A model generated the notes under the pieces. It did not search any database. It saw only the letters and a program-made list of their open reading frames with translations, and was not told the DNA's origin. The translations under genes were made by a program, and so were the position numbers. DNA of 64,000 bases from Lytechinus pictus (taxonomy: Eukaryota): the NCBI RefSeq assembly GCF_037042905.1, contig NC_087260.1, positions 10,788,001-10,852,000 on the forward strand, in the 5' to 3' direction. This document shows, in pieces, positions 48,713 through 62,699 of the stretch (position 1 is the first letter of the stretch; each line of letters begins with the position of its first letter).

Positions 48713-49569
48713 TTGGTTAGACAATACTGCTACAGCATACCTATTGTCCATTGTATTGAAAAAAGGTGATGATTTTACCCCCAAGAAAATGGCAGTATTT
48801 CCCATATAAATGTGTCATAACCGTGAAGAAAAATATTAAATTGGTATTGAACCAATAGCTAGAACATGGCTTTGTAACATAAATTTTAGTGATTAATCAC
48901 AATGATGACTGTATTCAAACATGAAAAAAAAAACGATCAGAGTTTATGGAACCTTGTCAAAGTTAAAGCTCCTTTCTAAATTCCTTTGTGCTAAAAATTT
49001 CACAAAAACACCCTTTCTTAAGATTTGCTCTTTAAAAGTAATTTCCAAAGATTGGCAAGAACATACCTCTCATTTGCATAATTTGCAAATAGAAACGTTT
49101 CAAGTGTGCTTTGATATTATCATGTGAATTCACATGTTTATCAAGCAGAAGGATGTAACTCACCTGTTGGCCATTTTGGGATGTTGACACCAAAATTACA
49201 TATTTTTGACAGTTTTGGGTGTATTCATTTGCCCCCCCCCCCCTCCCCCTCTTACCCCCCAACAAGCAGAAGGATGTAACTCACCCTTTTGCCATTTCGG
49301 GATTTTGACACCAAAATTACATATTTTGGACATTTTTGGGGTGTATTCATTTGTATCATTCTGCTTTTTTCAATTATTCTCTACTGAGGTATTCCTTGGT
49401 TGGCATCCCAAAACCAACTCAGCTCAAAGGCAATCAACAAACCTGCTATCCTTTCTATTGGAAAGTAGCGATGATCACGGCACCAAATAACAACTATTTT
49501 GCACATTTCAATGAGTATTTCCCTTTGCCCCTGTGGATTTTTTTTCTGCCTGTTGAGCTATCTAAGTAA

Positions 49570-52500
49570 CTACTCTGCTTTCTTCGACTGTTGTCTGCTG
49601 AGGTATTCCTTGGTAGCGCCCCAATACCAGACCAGCTGGGAGGCTATCATGGCATTGCAGGACGACGCGACGATGTAGGTCCAGACCAGCATGGGGTCGT
49701 TGGTCTCCTGTATGCTGGTGAAGATTCGGGCCAGGCTACCGGCGGTCAGCATGAAGACGGTCACTGCCGAGAGCTGACCGGTGTGGCCGTTGCTGAAGTT
49801 TGTATAAGCCTGTATTAACTGTAGAAGAAAGGCAAAGGCACGAGAGGGAAAGGGTGATTGGTTAGCAGCATAATATACTGCTGCTGGGACCACTAAAAAA
49901 AGTAATCAAGGAGCCCAGTGCATTGTTATGTAGTCCTGGGACGAATACATTGACAGAAGATTGTTCAAACTAGACTAGCTCAAACAATCACGATTCCTGG
50001 ATTATCAGAAATCCCCCCAAATTTACCAATTTTCCAGTGGTCACACATTGTGGGGGAGCTGACTCAGTCGAGTGTCCCAGTACAACGCATATGACATGCA
50101 CATCAAAACAGCTGAATGATGCACGCTCGCCATCGCAGCCATCATTGGCTGAACACAAGAGTTTCATTGACACAATTTTTTGTGAACTGCTTGGAAGTTT
50201 CGCCGATATTGCATAGTGTGAACATCCCATGCTTGAGTGAACCCAAATTGCATGGTTTTGTTGTTACTTTTTGAAGCTCTTGCTGAGTTTTTTTCTCTGC
50301 AGTCAATCAAATACTTGTGTTGGTTATGGTTGATCATTTTTGACAAGATACACGTACATGTATATATCATTTGAAAGCTTAGGGTGTGCTTTTCCAAACT
50401 CAATAAAATTCTAAAAAGTAATTTCGAGCAAATATTGATGATTTTTCTGGGGGCTGGTCCATATAAATCATTTAGAAAAAGCTCACTTACCTTACTAACA
50501 ATGACGACAGGCATGTTGGTGGCTTGTAGCATGGCGATGGTGCTCATGGGAGCCAGTCCCGACAGAAGGACGTACATGATACCAAGATATGAGAGCAAGA
50601 AGGACATAGCTCCGGCCTGGTTTCCATTATAAAACATGCACAAAAATCCTATAGTGACGGTCTGTACAGCTAGAAACAGGGCTTCACCCCATGCTCTGTG
50701 AAAGAGAGGAAAGTTCAATCAATACTTTGATATGTTTATTGATCAATAAATATAAAAATTATAATATTTCAATTTTAAATATGATAATTTTATGTATTTA
50801 TATAAACAGGTCTTCTTGCAATAGTTCTTGGATTGCAAGATGATAATCATGAAAACGATAACCATTAGCAAAGTATGTACAGTATGTAGCCAGACAATAA
50901 AACAGGTCATTTGACAATAAGTAAATTGGATCATAATAATTTACAAAAAGGATAACAATTGAGTAGAAGAATAGTAATTGGTTGTTGTCTCACGATGGAT
51001 CAAACAAAGGATAACAACATTCAATACAGACCTCTTGCTGCTATGCAGGTGAGACAATTTATAAAACAAGCCTTTCGGCAATCGGTAAATTGGATCTCAA
51101 GATAATACTTACGAAAAAGGATAACCATTTGCAAAGGAATATGCCCATGATGACGATATCGCTCCAAGCTCTAGTATAACAGAAATTACATTCAAGCCTT
51201 CTCCACTTTTAGAAGCCAAAATCTTACCAATCTGTGGTAGTTTCACTGTTGTAAGATAAAAAAAAATAATAATCCATAAATATCTACTACACTCAAAATC
51301 ATACAATATTTACCAAATATTAAAGGGATGGTCCGGGCTAAAAATATTTATATCTAAATAAACAGTAAAATTCACAAAGAAAAATGGTGAAAAAATCATC
51401 AAAATCAGATAACAAATAACAAAGTAATTGAATTTTAAAGTTTAGCAATATTTTGTAAAAACAGTTAAGCACATCATCATGAATATTCATAAGGTGGGTT
51501 GATGATGTCATATCCTCACTTTCCTTTTTCTTATGTTATTACACGAAATCAGAATTGTTTAATTTTTCATACATGTGTACATGTAAATGATGTGTCTCCA
51601 TTATGATGAAATAAGGTGCGGCAATAAATAACTTACGTGCTTAATCAGTTGTAAATTGTTTTAGTTCTTGGTAGAAAAATTTTGAATAAACCTAATTTCA
51701 TCTAATAAAATACAAAAGAACAAGTTGGGATATGACAATCATCAGCCCACCTAATGAATATTCATACAGACATGCCTAGAACTGTTCCAGCGGAATAATG
51801 CAAATCTTTGAAATTCAATAACTTTGTCATTTGTTATCCGATTTGATCAAATTTTCAGCATTTTGCTCTGTGAATGTCTTTTTATTTATTGAGATATAAA
51901 TATTTCCAGCCTGGACCATCCCTTTACAGACAAATTTGTTAAACAATCTTGTTATGATGAACTTTGAAGGTTTAGATGGTGGGACAGACAATGTGGGAGA
52001 AGTTCACCATGTCATTAGTCCTGAAACAGACTGTTTGGGATGGCTGAGTGATAGAGTTGAAAAAGGAAGGTGAGAAAGAGAAGTATCTTTTGTGATATAA
52101 GGTGTAGTCCATAGAAGGACTGTAAACCAGTTGAGATGTGATGACTTGGAACAGAAGAGTTGATGGGTTGAGAAGTCTTGGCAGTGGCGAGTAGATAACC
52201 TACATGTACATGTACTCATTGCCACTCATCTATTCATGTATAACTTATCGTCAACAAATACAGCGTCAAGTAAGAACTTCAAGCATCACTTCAAAGAAAC
52301 ACAATTTACAAATACAAAATTTTAATTTTGATCAATCCCAAACTGTACTAATACATTCAATATATTAGACATATGATGAGTTCCAAGAGATCTCTGTACA
52401 TTTTCATGCATGATAAAGATGATTTCTTCCAAACACATATTTTCATCTCTGTACACTTTCATGCGTGAGATTATTTCTGCCAAATACATATATATATATT

Positions 52501-54716
52501 AAAGTAATGCTCCTGATCTACATGTACATACATAATTGCATATGCACCACAAAATGCCCCTTATAAAAAAAAACAAGAACAAACCCCAAGCAAGTAAAAT
52601 ACCATCATTTTTTACCAAACTTCCTGACATTAAATTTACCTACCCTGCCAGGCTTCATGCTGGTAGGTTAGATGAATGAAAAACATAATACTTTTACATA
52701 GTATGATTATTGAGGTTAGCATCTAAGGTATATAAACCCTAAGGGTAGGATATAATGTTAATTTTTTAGGGTCTATCTTTCTTTTCACATTGGGGCAATT
52801 TCTGAATTTGGGGAGTATTTGTTTTCATTTGATGGCTACTTGTTAGGGGGTGACAAACAAACAATCATGCAGCAAATCTTTATTCTGCCATAGTTGGAAT
52901 ATTGATTTTCTATAATCATGAATTTTGTTCATGATTGTTTGTGAGAGATCTTGGGGCAACTCTAGAAAGAATGGTGGCCCCAAAGCATAAATTTGGGGGG
53001 AATATTAGGGGCAATTTGGGCTGACACAAGGGCAAAGTCACCCGTTGCACTCGTGTATTTCCTCACTGCGAAGGTTATCAAATCTAACTAAAGTGGTCTG
53101 GATCGATTATTTAGCATGTTGAACTTCTTCTTCTTCATCTTGAGTTCTTAAATGGTAATCAGTCGCACTATACATAATATTATGAAATATTCTCAATTTC
53201 TGTTTATTTCAATCATACTTTTTTATATACAAGAGGGGAGGGGAAGGAGGGTGGGGGAATGGGCAAATAAACAAACAAGTTGTATTTGTGCTAAAATTGT
53301 CTGAGGACCCAATTGTTCATGAAAGATTCAATCAGGGTCCTAAGAAGATGACAGGGAAAAAAAGAGAACAGAAGAGATGGCATGAAAAGGGCATGAAATT
53401 GACCAACCTCTGATTTCCCACAAAATTCTGTAATCACTCAAAACAAATTATCCATTTACTATCCAGAGAAATCAAATCAAATCAAATATCTTTCAATTTT
53501 GTGTCAATTTTTGTTTTCATTTTAAATAAAAAAAAAAATAAAAAAAAAAAATGAAGACCCGATTTACTTACCCATAAGAGATCCAGCAATGATGCCTAAT
53601 CCTAATACTTTGCTCAAGGCGATTTTTAGGCAGGGAACTGTAAAACATAAATAAACCACTAATTACACATCAAAATGACAATTTGGGGAATTCCAACTTC
53701 AACAGACCTTAAACTGCTCCAGTGTACAAATATTGGTGTCTTGATATTCCATTAATAGCAAAGTAGCCTACATTATTTTAAATCAATGTACTGTATAGTC
53801 TGAAATTTGAAAAATAATCTTTGAGTAACTACTGCTACATATACACTACACTGTCAGATATTGATAACTTTTGTAAAATAGGACCGAAGTAAAATAAAAT
53901 GTTTCTTTCAAGGTTCTTATGGTGTCTTATTGTTCACAATTGGGCCTACAGAACAAGGAAAAAAATTGAAAATATCAAAGTAAGAAGGATATACAGCACA
54001 CTTGCAAAAGATAATTTGAATCTGACAAGACCAAGGTTAAGAAATGTCTTCAGCTGTGATTGATATACTGTAGTGTAGATATGTACTTCGAATATGAAAA
54101 ATTTAAAGTTTGCAAAGAGTAGACTTATTTATTCATTTTTTATAAATTTTCCATATTATTAAGTAGAAATGCTGTTTATTTTTTGTGCGAGTGCTTATCT
54201 AAATTCCAAACTAAAGTCTAAAGTACAACTTCTTCCCCCGTTTTCTTTGCTTACATAACTCAAGACTAAAGTACCAAAATCCAAATCTAAAACTTTGCTT
54301 TGTTAGAAAATTGGGCACTAATGCAGTTTCGCACCGGCCGACTCTTTGAGATAATTTCCGCACCAGTAATGCCGTTCCTGATGACGATATTCAGAGAAGT
54401 GGTGGGGCGGTGGGCATAATTGACCTTGAACATGTGCTTGAGATTGAGAGACTTGCTGTGACTCAGCCTGTGCGAAACTGCATTAGCGCCCCCCCAAAAA
54501 AAGAACTAACAGTAACAAACGTACAGATGGCGCAAATGCACCAGCAAAAATTAAAGTACGTGGGACCATGCTGGAGATAATGGAATGAATAATTGGGTAA
54601 TTAACTTGAAACTCACCATCTAGGAAGTCGAAGTTTTCAAAGAATGTGATGTAACAATCTTCCGGGAGAAGAAGCATCACGAGCCACGGAAAGAGTCCGG
54701 TCCTTTCACCTTCCAT
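49570..54716 (-). CDS. MPDU1: Mannose-P-dolichol utilization defect 1 protein (PQ-loop), 5 exons, 250 aa
   Basis: Exons 54716-54617, 53637-53572, 51245-51113, 50695-50491, 49818-49570; phases are consistent, 753 nt. Hallmarks: [71 protein letters not shown]. Confidence 0.95.
51324..51923. mobile_element. Non-autonomous Kolobok-type MITE of a different subfamily (MPDU1 intron 2)
   Basis: TTAA|AGGGATGGTCCGGGCT ... AGCCTGGACCATCCCT|TTAC; 15/16 TIR match; long internal inverted arms. Confidence 0.78.
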
Positions 54717-54952
54717 CTTTAAATTTGTGTTTTCTAAGTTTTACTACACGACACGTACGAGTCAGTTTAGCTGTCAATCATGCAAGGTGCCTGGTGGTGG
54801 TGGGCGTGGCTCTGAAAATAACGGGGGGGGGGGGGGGGATGACTGGTAGTTTCTTAATTTTTCTCGTTTTACACATAGAGATATATACTATACATCTCTA
54901 TGGTTTTACATAACTATACCAGGGACGTGAGAGGGAGACGTCCCTGATTATA

Positions 54953-55288
54953 CAGGGGCCGCGGAACGGTTTTCAAAGGGGGGGGGGGGGGGGCTAACCA
55001 TGCAAAAAATCATAATCATACATGGTCATTTTTACGTTTTTGTAGACAGTTTTGTGGTCAAGTCAATCTTGACATGCCATAATGATTGTGGGCATTAACG
55101 GGAAAGACAAGACAAGGTTTTTGAAAAAAGTGGGGAGGGGGGGGGGGGCTGAAGCTGAAGCACCCCCAATATTTTCCTTTGGGGTGCTGCGTGTATTATT
55201 CTCCATAGGTAGCACTCCCTGGAATTCTGGAAGGTGTGGAAAATTAGGAAGAAATGAAAAAAAAATGACCTACGTTTTATACAGAACC

Positions 55289-55319
<31 letters not shown>

Positions 55320-55757
55320 GGGGGGGGGGGGGGGGGGCCTTGTCAAATTTCTTGGGACCAAAATGACCTTCATTTTGTAGTCACCCCCCACTTTTTTTTG
55401 CTAGTCAATTTCCATTTTGTAGTGAAAACCTTTTTTTTGTTGCCTGTCAAATTTACATCAGCACTCCCAGTCAAAAAAAATCGTCCACAGGGCCCTGGTA
55501 ATGAACTAATCAATTACTCCCCCCCCCCCCCGGTGCATCTCAGGCGGATAAGAGTTTTTTTATTATTTTTTTTAAGCGATTTGAAAGCGATACACCTAAA
55601 TTGTTCGGACTCGAGTTAGTGCAGGGGCCGCGGAAGCGGGGGGGGGGGGGCTTCAGCCCCCACTTTTTCCCAAAACCGTGTAAATGACAATATGATTGTG
55701 ATTTTTTGCATGCTCAGCCCCCCCCCCCCCACTTTGAAAACCGTTCCGCGGCCCCTG
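54953..55757. mobile_element. Inverted pair of short CAGGGGCCGCGGAA-ended (hAT-like) MITEs between MPDU1 and BAP18
   Basis: CAGGGGCCGCGGAACGGTTTTCAAA at 54953 and its reverse complement ending at 55757. The inner complete copy is 55622-55757. No clean TSD. Confidence 0.55.
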
Positions 55758-57786
55758 TTAAGTGGCCTATATGTACAGTATCCCTAGTTACCTCTCTAAG
55801 AATTATAACATAATTATGAATATATTACTTGAGTTTTCGTGCATTTCATTCCCGCGAACTGAACCCATTCCTAAAAATAAACCCTATTCTCCGAAAAACT
55901 CGGAACCGGCGCACGCCATTTAATTTACAGGGGAGGGAGGGTTGGATCCTATTATGAAGATTACATTTAAATGTCTTGTTTTCACGGATGATGTATGAAA
56001 ATATTTTTTTGTGCTTCGCACTTTCATGAATCTATTTTGTATACATAATATCAGTGTTCTTAAGGCGGGAAAAGGCATATTGACATTGTCCCCTTTTCAG
56101 TGTGAAAATAAAAACAATATCAAAATCAGCTGAATCTCTACAAAATGATAGCCATGTTAATATATAGGACTATAATTTCATAGAGATTCAATAAGGGGGA
56201 GGGGCGTAGAAATATTTTCAGGCACAGTTTTCCAGATCGGCCGTTACAAAGCTCATTTGTGTTGTTTTGAGGCAGTAGTCCTTCCAAATACTAATTAACG
56301 GGCTTATTTTTACAAACAAGCTAAGGAAGATCTATATTAATTCATAAGACGAAAAAATGCGACCGCGAAGCCGTGATCTATTATGGGGTCAGGATGGATA
56401 TCCAATAGACCAGTTCGTAGAACTTACTCATGGACAATTTGGTCAAATGACCTATCATTTCTTTCATTATGATAGGAAGATTTCAAAGCAAGATATTACG
56501 TAAGCTTGCCTTACATAGCAGGATGAAGAAATTGAATAGACCAGGTGACTAGAATAGCACACCAATGGACACTTTATGAAGGTATTTGTTGCATTCCTAC
56601 TTTGAATGCATATCATATAGCACATGTTGCACAATGTACTTGGCAAACTGTGAAATACCATGCAGTCGTTCGTGGACGCATCGTTGTTTTTTGTGGATGT
56701 AAATGAAAACCACAATTCAAAAGAATATATGAATAATCAAGACATCAAAGTTGGTGCTTATCTCATTAGATTTTAAACCACCATGTCACATTAGTACAAA
56801 TGACCTTCCTCTGATCATGCGTAGAATCTTTTGATCATGCACAGAAAGGAACTACGAACTGGCTCATTAAACAACATTACTGATGCGAGAGCAAATCGTG
56901 AGCTGAAATTTTGTGATATTCCGACCCCGCCAAAACTGGACATAAACACTTTTTTTGTAACCATGCGTGAATAGGAGGTATAGTCATGTCTATCTGCGAG
57001 CGCGCAAAGCGAATTCTGACCTAAAACTTGCACATTTCTAAGCACTTCTGGTAAACATGAACAGGATATGGGCATCTAACTATGCGTGAGCCGAAAAATT
57101 GATATTTTGACCTAAAATTTGGTTATTCTTATAAAAGCACTGTTTGTAATCATGAACAAGATGCGATCTAACCAAACAATTTATTCGATATTGCAAATAC
57201 CAGAATTGAAAATATTTGATATACTGACATAAAAAGGAAATTTCCAAGGACTGTTCTGGAATTCATTAAGAGAATATGCCTATACCTATCATACAATGCG
57301 AGCGTGTAGCGCAAGCGGATTTTTTTTAAACATACATCCTGTTCATGGCCCGACGGGATGTAGTCTCTCGCTGAAACACAATTAATGAAAACTCGAATTC
57401 TGAGCAGAAGAATTTGTTCATATTGACTTCAAAACGGGATATTTTAATCTCCATATTCTTGAGAAGATTATTATTATCTCCCTCAACCGACAATGCTCCC
57501 GCGAAGCGCGAGCAAAATTTTTATCTTATTATCTATATGACCTGGAAGTTTGTCTAATTTTTTCACCATCCCTTATTTCATTCACTTTTATCGATAATCC
57601 TCTTTTACTCTCTCTCTCTCTTTAATCACTCATTCACACTCCTCTTTTCTCTTTTTTATTCCGCCGCCGATGGGAGGGGAGGGGGACCCCGACCCTTTGA
57701 ATCCCCACCCTCAGAAATCCGTGCCCCCATCTGGATTCGCGCCTCTGCAGAAGTTGTCAGGATATTGGCCGCCAACTTCATCATAA

Positions 57787-57813
57787 ATGAATATTCATGA
57801 GTCAATGACGTCA
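57787..57813 (+). promoter_or_regulatory. Motif cluster upstream of BAP18
   Basis: ATGAATATTCAT palindrome, TGAGTCA (AP-1) and TGACGTCA (CRE) abut each other about 110 bp before the ATG. Confidence 0.4.
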
Positions 57814-57918
57814 CTAGCTGAGGACGGTGCGTCAACTCGATTCGAGTCGAACTAGAAAAGCAAAATAGTGAACTTACGAAACTATTTCACTCATATTTGA
57901 GGCTTTTCAGTAGGAAAG

Positions 57919-60900
57919 ATGAGTTCAGCAGGGAAGGTAAGATATAATTTTCCCTACTTATTTGGTTATCAATTGAAAAGGTTACGATAGAGAGAGAAGA
58001 AAGGGCGATAATTACAGACCGAACTGTGTGGCGGAGACGCATTTTGCATTGTCTGTGTGTTTCTTATTGATAAAAAAGGGACGGCATATACGGTCACTCC
58101 AACGTAAATTGGTACGTGTGGGGCTGGATAGACAGTCTAGAAAAAGTATCACCAGAATTAGGATGTGTAAAGTTACAGTGCTGGACCAGGGCACTGGACT
58201 GGACAGCAGCAGAGGGCAGAGTGTGTTACTGTTACTGTTAGTCGAGATGTGGGCAAGAATATAATGATTAATGAGTAGGCCTAAAGAGTTACTTTAGACA
58301 GCTGGCACTGCCACTGCCACTGGCAGCAGCCGTCCGGCGTCTGTTTTGAGGGACAAGGAGTTTTTATAATTAAAGTTAAACAAACATTTTTTTTTTTTTT
58401 TTTCTCCTCGTACACTGTACACAGACGGCCCGCGATCGTGCAGCTGTCATTAACAATGCAAAATACCCCCTAATTTTTGTCTTTATTTCATAAAATTAGA
58501 AATATAGGAGTTAGGACCTATAATTAAAAAGAACTGACCAAAATAAAGATTATTAATCATTCCGTTTTGGCCTGAAATGCACCAAGACGGGAAAAAAACA
58601 AATTTAAAAGGAAAAAAAAAACAGTGACTTACTTCGGCTGTCGCGCAACTCCCATTTCCCTGGTTTATCCGAACTTAAAATACATAAACATATGGCCATT
58701 GATTGAGTCCCTGTACAGATCGAGTTAGAACTTCGGTCTCTGTAAAAGTGTAATTGGTGAGTGGACCCAGCGGAACAACCAATAACAGAGACCAAAGCTT
58801 TTTGTCTAGGCTTCCATTTGGAATAGCTCTATTTCCACTACTGTCTGGATGTTGTCAGAATCGTCTTCACTGTAGTCTAGAAAGATAGGTCCAACTGAAT
58901 TAAACTATCAAAATTTGTGCATAGATGTGCCCGCTTAGCCCCAAATTTGTATGAATTTTGATCAAGAGCCGTAAAGCAAGGCTCCACATTAACTTTTTTT
59001 GGTGGTGGCCCATTCGGGCCACCAAAACCATCAAATAATTTTTTTTGGTGGCCCGATATTAAAGTTTGGTGGCCCGAAAAATATAAAGAAACACATTAAA
59101 AATTAATAAAACAAACTTCTGAAATATTAATTCTGCAGCCACTACCACTAAGTAACTTTCACTTTATCATCTTGTATGTAAACCTTGTTTGCTGTTTTTG
59201 CTAATTGGCTTGTGGTAAAATATAAATTGTTTCTATCGTTGTAAAAATTAGAACAATGCATAAAAGGGGGAAACAAATTAAAATAATTTTCATAAAGTAT
59301 ATTACAAAAAGAAAACAAAAATAATAAAAGAAATAAGTGAAATAAAACGAAAGAAAGAAAATGAAGAAAGGAAAAACAAAGAACAGGGAAAAAAAAGAAA
59401 AGAAAATTTAGAGAAAAAAAAGTGAAAGAAAAATGAATAAAACAATATTAATATAAACATGGGGAAAAGGGGAAAATTAAGAAGCCATTACGAATATTTT
59501 TTAACAGCTGTGGCAACAGTCTATTCTGACTGGAATATAATTAAAAGCCAAGCAAATAATTTCACTTACCTTCTGGAAATGGCACATTTCTATTTTTATA
59601 TCCTTTAGTTTGTATTATTTTATTTTCAGTAGAAACATATTTTTTAATCAGGTATATTCAATAGGAAGGGGTATAAATGGTTTAACCAAGTGCTGTAAAA
59701 AAATGAAAGAAAAAAAATAAGAAGAAAACGGCAATAGTTATATCTGGAAAAAAAGTGTGAGAAAAGTCCTTCCCTATATTTGCCAAAATGTTGAAAAAAT
59801 TCACATTTCATATCAATGAAATGCCTTCCCAAAGTATCTCAAGAGTGGTTTAAGAAGTCATTTATAAACAAGAAAGAAAGAAACTGTCTGTTTATTTTTG
59901 GCTAGAAAAGACACACCTTCGAAAGAAACCAAGTATCAACATACATACAAATGCACATGTGGGACTGTGATGTACATGCCTATGTGTTTTTATGTGTATT
60001 AATTCATTTGGAAATCGGTCTTTTGTAGTCAAAAGAGAGGTCATAATTCCTCTTCTTAATGCTTGCAAATAATCAGGGTACACCAAATTTTCGTAATATA
60101 GACTGTAGAATGTCATTTCATTGGTGTAAAATGTGACTTTGACTCAGATTTTCAAAGTTCTGTGGAAGATTTCTAAGGCAAGCAGCAACATTTTTTATCG
60201 CAGCTCCCAGAGTGTGAATAGGCTGAGCTAGATCTAGAGCACAGAGCTCTGTATGCAGTGGCTTCATGCAAAGCTCACGCCAGCCGGCCGTTGCGGCTGG
60301 CTGGATAATAGCTACTGTATGCTATAACTGTAGGCCTAATATGCAAACTGTGTGTGTGTATTTGTGTGTAGATCAACAAAAAGGGCGCATGACGAACTGG
60401 GTTGCAATTTGAACTGTAAAAAGTTGATAAATGCGTGCAAAATCGGGAGAAAAATTGCGCTACTTTTGAAAATTATTGGTTGCCCGATTCGGGCCACCAA
60501 AACTTAACATTTTATCAATAATGGTTGCCCGATGTGAATTTCTGGTGGCCCCGGGCCACCGGGCCACCGCTAATGTCGAGCCTTGCGTAAAGCCATGTAG
60601 TTAGAGATACCTTTGACGACTAAATAAAAAAAAACTGTTCTACTAAACAATTTGATGATGTTTTTCATGATATAAAAATCATTTTGTTTGAATGTTTTTT
60701 TTGCAGGTAGGGGAGATTTTCTCGGCGGCTGGTTCAGCGTTCACTCAGCTTGGTGAACTGACGATGCAGTTGTATCCTACTAGCGATCAAACCCCTGTCA
60801 GGTATGTGAGAAGGGGGGGGGCAGGGTGTATTTTTTTGTGTGTGTGGGATCTGCGAGTGTGTGTGTTTTCTCTATTTTCTGTATTATATTATTTTCTTTC

Positions 60901-62558
60901 AGTTCTCTCTTTGGAAAAATTAATGGATCAATCAAATCGATTTATGAATTAATGTTTATTAATTACAAGGTACTTATGAAGTCAGTTTATGTTTGTATTC
61001 ACTGGAAGAAGCAATAAAAGAATAGGCCTACTTAAAGAAACCCATAACCCTACAAAACAAATTCAGCAGACTTTTATTTTTTTTTATCCATATATTTTAA
61101 GACCTGTATGTATCTGTATCTGTCAGGGCATATCATAGTTATCAATATTTATTATTTGTGTATCCTTTGAATTGAATTTGATAGTGGCAAGTGGACAGAT
61201 GAGGAGGTTGAGATGCTGAAGAATGCTATCAAACAGTTTGGGGATGACCTTCACAAGATCAGTGAAACCATCAAGACAAGAACTGTGTAAGTATTACTTC
61301 ATTTCATTTCAATTTCCATTTCATTTCCATTTCTATTTCATTTCGATTTACGTTTCTATTTCATTTCGATTTATGTTTTCATTTCATTTTCAATTCATTT
61401 TCATTTTTACATGTATTTCCATTTCTATTTTTATTTTATTTCCATTTCATTTTTAATTCATTTTCATTTTTACATGTATTTCCATTTTATTTCCATTTCT
61501 ATTTCCATTTCAATTTCCATGTTTTCATTTTATTTCCATTTCATTTTCAATTCATTTTCCATTTTACATGTATTTCCATTTCATTTCCTTTCCCAATTTC
61601 ATTTCCAATTCTATTTCCATTTCTATCTCCATTTCATTTCCAGTTCTATCATTCTATAAATCAATCAATGCAATGAGATTACCCTTTGGGTACAGTTAAT
61701 GCAGAATCACTGAAAACATGATCAATAATCCCACAGCAGCACCCATATCCCTTTTGCAAGACATTTAGCTATATTTTCCACTTAGAATTCATGTGTATTT
61801 TATGGGTACCTGGTAAGGAAGGAATTCCTTGAATGCTCAAGCACCTGATCATAGCAGGGGTAAAAGTATACAGCAATTAGAAATTTCAAATTGCAGGTTA
61901 TTAAATTTTGCATATTATCATCATCATCATTGTGACCATTATCATTATCATCATTATCACATCATTTTCACCAACATTCTAATGTCTTTACCATTATGAC
62001 AGTTTTCATCACTATCACCATATCATCATCGGCATTATCACCATCATCATAAATATCTTCAACATCATCATCATCACCACTACCATCACCATTATCTCCA
62101 TTTTCACCACCATCATCATAACCATTATCACAGTCATCGTCGTTACCATATCACNNNNNNNNNNNNNNNNNNNNNNNNNNNNNNNNNNNNNNNNNNNNNN
62201 NNNNNNNNNNNNNNNNNNNNNNNNNNNNNNNNNNNNNNNNNNNNNNNNNNNNNNNNNNNNNNNNNNNNNNNNNNNNNNNNNNNNACCGTCATCATCATGA
62301 TCGCCACCATCATCATCAGCCTTCACTGTCTTCACTCTGATCATCATCACCATTACCGGTATATTCTTTTCTTTTTCTTCCTCTGTTGTAGATCTCAGAT
62401 CAGGGCAGCCATTAAGAGGAAATCCCTTGATGCCAACACGAGGAAGGAGAGAGTGGACAGGGGTCACGTAGAGCCGTCTACCGGCCTCACATTGATGGCC
62501 AGCCATGCTCCAGCACGCTCCTCGCCGACTACACCACCTGCTAAGAGGATAAAACATG
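57919..62558 (+). CDS. C17orf49: Chromatin complexes subunit BAP18 (SANT/Myb-like), first 4 coding exons; no later exon found in the window
   Basis: Exons 57919-57936, 60707-60801, 61185-61286, 62392-62558 give MSSAGKVGEIFSAAGSAFTQLGELTMQL...KWTDEEVEMLKNAIKQFGDDL...RTVSQIRAAIKRK, matching the BAP18 N-terminus. Confidence 0.92.
58977..60585. mobile_element. Non-autonomous DNA transposon with 7-bp TSD (P- or hAT-type) in BAP18 intron 1
   Basis: CGTAAAG|CAAGGCTCCACATTA ... TAATGTCGAGCCTTG|CGTAAAG; GGTGGCCC/GGGCCACC repeats are clustered at both ends. Confidence 0.8.
61295..61655. repeat. (TTTCA/TTTCCA)n simple repeat in BAP18 intron 3
   Basis: Degenerate penta/hexanucleotide run. Confidence 0.85.
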
Positions 62559-62699
62559 GTAAATTAAAAAAAAAACTTGTTCGTTGGTAATCCCACCTGG
62601 TCTGCTGGAGACTTTGTTGGACTTTGATCAAACATTGATCTCTCGATCGCATAATGATATTTTTTGCTTAAGGTTAAATGTTTTAAGGTGGTTAGAGGT

